Shown in pieces: positions 58,670-64,000 of a DNA stretch of 64,000 nucleotides. The stretch lies in NCBI RefSeq assembly GCF_009914755.1, contig NC_060947.1; one strand, written 5' to 3'. Each line of letters begins with the position of its first letter. Positions within the stretch are counted from its first letter, which is position 1. Below the pieces are notes generated by a model. That model searched no databases. It saw only the letters and a program-made list of their open reading frames with translations, and was not told where the DNA came from. The DNA comes from the human T2T-CHM13v2.0 reference genome, Homo sapiens. Position numbers and translations under genes: made by a program.

Positions 58670-59080
58670 AATTTAGGAAGTGTATTTTGCCAAGGTTAAG
58701 GACACACCCGTGACACAGCCTCAGGAGGTCCTGACGACATGTGCCCACGGTGGTCGGGGCACAGCTTGCTTTTATACATTTTAGAGAGGATGAGGTATCA
58801 ATATGCGTAAGAAGTACATTGGTTCAGTCCGGCAAGGCGGGACAACTCAAAGTGGGGCGGGGGCTTCCAGGTCATAAGTAGATAGAGGCAAATGGTTGCA
58901 TTTTTTTTTTTTTTAGTTTCTGATTGGCCTTTCCAAAGGAGGCAATCAGATATGCATTTATCTCAGTGAGCAGAGGGGGGACTGAATAGAATGGGAGGCA
59001 GAGGCCCTAAGCAGCTCCGCTCCCAGCTGGACTTTTCCCTGCTTACTGATATTGGGGTTCCAAGATTTACTTTCTTCACA
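58670..59080 (-). mobile_element. MER4A-type ERV1 LTR
   Basis: 'tattttgccaaggttaaggacacacccgtgacacagcctcaggaggtcctgacgacatgtgccc'; ends 'tttcttcaca'. Confidence 0.8.
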
Positions 59081-59267
59081 AGACTCTATTGAGTCCTCAG
59101 AAAACAGTTTTCAAACCATCTTTCTGATTTCCGGTTGCGTAATTTTAATCTTATTCCGTCACTGAATCTTGTACATTAGTGGTTTTGCAAACTATGGCCT
59201 GAGGTCTCTCTGAATAAGGATCATTTTAAAGGATTGTGTTTTTGCAGATGATCTTAGAAGCATTCTT

Positions 59268-59572
59268 CTTTTTCTTTCTTTTTTTTTTTTTGAGATGGAG
59301 TCTCACTCGATCGCCCAGGCTGAAGTGCAATGGCGCGATCTCAGCAGCTCACTGCAACCTCCACCGCCCGAGTCCAAGCAATTCTCCTGCCTCAGCCTCC
59401 TGAGTAGGTGGACAGGCATGAGCCACCACACCTGGCTAATTTTTGTATTTTTAGTAAAGACCGGGTTTCACCATGTTGGCCAGGCTGTTCTTGAACTCCT
59501 GGCTTCAAGTGATCCACCTGCCTCAGCCTCCCAAAGTTCTGGGATTACAAGTGTGAGCCACCATGCCTGGCT
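59268..59572 (-). mobile_element. AluS
   Basis: Antisense Alu. Confidence 0.9.
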
Positions 59573-60224
59573 ATTAAAAGCATTCTTAACAGTTTATTCT
59601 GAACCACAGTGAGCACTCCCTCATTCGTAAGGGCAGCCACCCTCTTTCAGAAGCAAGTGTGTATTCTCCACCCTTCAGCCCCTGGAGGGATTTCCACGGA
59701 TTGTCACAGCCCCTGAAAACAAGCTTCCCAGGGCAAACAGTGGTTTTCCAGAGACTCCAAAAGGGAAAACAGTCAGGACGCTCCAGTCCCAGCTCCAGCC
59801 CAAGTTGTAGCCACACCAATCTCTGCAAAAACAGAACCATTTCCAGAGTGACAGCACTTAGCACTCTGGTTTCTCTAAAACAGCGCCCGTCATGTTCAAT
59901 TCATATTAATCTCGATGGAATTGTTGCCGTGGATTTTTCTTGACATAAGTCACTTCTACTTTTACTTTGGATTCATAATTGTCGATGAGGTGGCAACTTA
60001 AACAATAGATATGTAGCTTCGTGTTTGGCCGTCCGTGAGCCACCTTTCAATCAGAGCCAGTCAAGCCAAACCTAGGAGAGACTTTCCCGTGGAGGGATTG
60101 GGGCTTCTGAGGAAAGCTCATGGAGAGAATCGTGATGACAGAATTGAGGATCATCCTGCCTTGATGCCCAAGGAGGTAAGCAAGGACACAAAAGCACGCT
60201 CATTTCACCCCAGTTAGGTGGTGT

Positions 60225-61340
<1,116 letters not shown>

Positions 61341-62326
61341 ATTTTTTTTTTTAAAAAAAGTATGTTCAACAGCCAGCAGCCACGAGAAGGTCATCAGCTG
61401 GTTTCATCCACAGCAAGAGATTGCTGGCTCCAAATCCCCACCCCATCCTCAAGGGGCAATATTGCAGAAAGGAGGAGGGTGGGAAAAAAATCTCAAGAAT
61501 TGGAGAATCGCCGGTTTCCAGGGCCCAGAACAAGACCCAGGAGGAGATGAAGATCACCCTTGCAGGTAGAAGCTGTCCCTGTCTGGGTAGTGCTGGGGAC
61601 AGTAGGTGGCCCTTCTGCTGTCTGTCTGAGCATGAGCTCAAGGCCAAGGGTAAGATGAGGGGAAATGACCCCCAGCTGGGCTGAGCGTACTTTGTTTAGG
61701 GTATTTAAGCAGTTCTCAAAAGTGATTGCAGAACCTGTATCTCCCATCTCAGGGACTCTGCCCAGCCTCACCCCTCCCTCCACCCCACTGTCATGCCCAC
61801 GCTTAGGCTTCAAAAACATCAATGGAAGATGATAGTGCAGTGCCCAACTGCAGGCCCTTACATGAATAAACTGTACATCACAGAGGGGGCGGCAAGGGAG
61901 GTGAAAACAGACAGATCCAGCTCAGATGGAATTTGATCTGAAGGAAAGTGATAAAGTGAAGAAGGGATCTGTCAGCCCTGCAAGCGGCCCCAGGCACAGC
62001 GTGAAGGGGAGGCAGGGAGAGGTCATGCTGGCCTCAGACTTGGACGCTGAAATGTTTAGTTACAGCCGGAGGGGGGACGCCTGCATAGGTCCTAGGGAAA
62101 GGAGGGGACACCCAGGCATTGGAGACCCACTGTGTAGACGACTGCGAGACATGCTTAAATATTTAGCAGAAAGGAAGAGAAATTCGAATAGAGAGATTCA
62201 GGAATGGGAGGAAGGGATGGAGGTGAAATCAAAGCTGTTTAAATACAGATGCTCTTCGATTTACAATTGGTTTACATCCCAACAAACCCATCGTAAACTG
62301 AAATATCTTAAGTCAAAAATGCATTT

Positions 62327-62992
<666 letters not shown>

Positions 62993-63184
62993 GTATTTTG
63001 GAGTTCCTGTGTCCACATAATTTCATCCTTCGATCTCACCCCCTATTCTCCCCACCTCTCCATCCTAAGGTCGGTGAATACTGCGTCGGGGAAATTGACC
63101 TAAAAAAATTTGTTATGGTCTATATATTCTCTGATGAGGGTATTTTTCTAAAAGCAATGAAGTCTTCAGGCTTTTAAAAGGAAG

Positions 63185-63365
63185 GGATTGGGGGGCGAGG
63201 GGAGGGAGAGCATCAGGACAAATAGCTAATGCATGCGGGGCTTAAAAGCTAGGTGACGGGTTGATAGGTGCAGCGAACCACCATGGCACACGTATACCCG
63301 TGTAACAAACCTGCACATCCTGCACACGTATCCCAGAATTTAAAGTAAAAGCAAAACAAAACAAA
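63185..63365 (+). mobile_element. L1PA 3' end
   Basis: 'atagctaatgcatgcggggcttaaa...ggttgataggtgcagcgaaccaccatggcacacgtatacc.tgtaacaaacctgcac'. Confidence 0.9.
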
Positions 63366-63576
63366 ACTCTTTTTAACAAAAGGTATGTTGATTGATTGGA
63401 GATTATTATATTACGGTCACATTTTCCAAGATAATATTTGATAACACTGAACAAGGAGTTGAAAATTTGAGCTGTTTTGTATACTAGTTATGTGACTTTG
63501 GATAAATCAATAAATATTTCTGAACATCTTAAAAAAAAAAAAAAAGAGGGATGCTGTCCATACGGTATCTGATATA

Positions 63577-63905
63577 TAGCTCACCCTCCGCATCTATGGG
63601 TTCCATATCTGTGGATTCAACCAACCTTGGATCGAAAATATTGGGGAAACAAAATTGCATCTGCACTCAACATGCACAGACTTTTTTCTCTTGTTATTAT
63701 TCCCTAAACAATACGACATAGCAGGTATCAACATAGCATGTGCATTGTAATAGGTATGGTAATTAACCTAGAGATGATTTAAAGTCTATGGGAGGATGTG
63801 CATTGCTTATATGCAAAGACAGTTCCATCTTGTATCAGAGACTTGAGCATCCGTGGATTTTGGTATAACCAGGAGGTCCTGGAACCAATCCTCCATGGAT
63901 ATCAG
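63577..63905. mobile_element. MER2 (Tigger-family MITE)
   Basis: 'tctgtggattcaaccaacc', 'gacttgagcatccgtggattttggtat...gtcctggaaccaatcc'. Confidence 0.8.
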
Positions 63906-64000
63906 GAGAAATTCCATTTCATTAATTCATACTCCCGGTGGTCTTTGAAATGAGTCGTGCAACATCACTGTCACCTGCTGTCCATTTAGTGAGTTACTCT

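Overview
Human-type X-chromosome DNA from Xp22.33, just proximal to the PAR1 boundary. The + strand carries the last four coding exons and 3'UTR of XG (Xg blood group, CD99 family; stop at 9307-9309). After a repeat-rich gap come the CpG-island promoter and exons 1-9 of GYG2 (glycogenin-2; ATG at 25190). The last GYG2 exon seen ends at 56234 and the C-terminal exons lie beyond the window. All coding exons have GT-AG sites and consistent phase, so these are the intact X genes, not the Y pseudogene copies. The rest is Alu, L1, MaLR/ERV LTRs, DNA-transposon fossils and large simple-repeat tracts, which explain almost all of the ORF track. I see no new protein-coding system. The best leads are non-coding: (1) a 17-unit perfect GGAA microsatellite between XG and GYG2, a candidate EWSR1-FLI1 enhancer; (2) a sense solo LTR7 (HERV-H) inside GYG2; (3) inverted Alus plus a MADE1 hairpin around the frame-symmetric XG transmembrane exon; (4) two motif-dense tandem arrays in GYG2 introns; (5) a fold-back inverted duplication; (6) an antisense 3'UTR-only retrocopy. 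Repeat subfamily names come from my recall of consensus sequences, and repeat boundaries are approximate.
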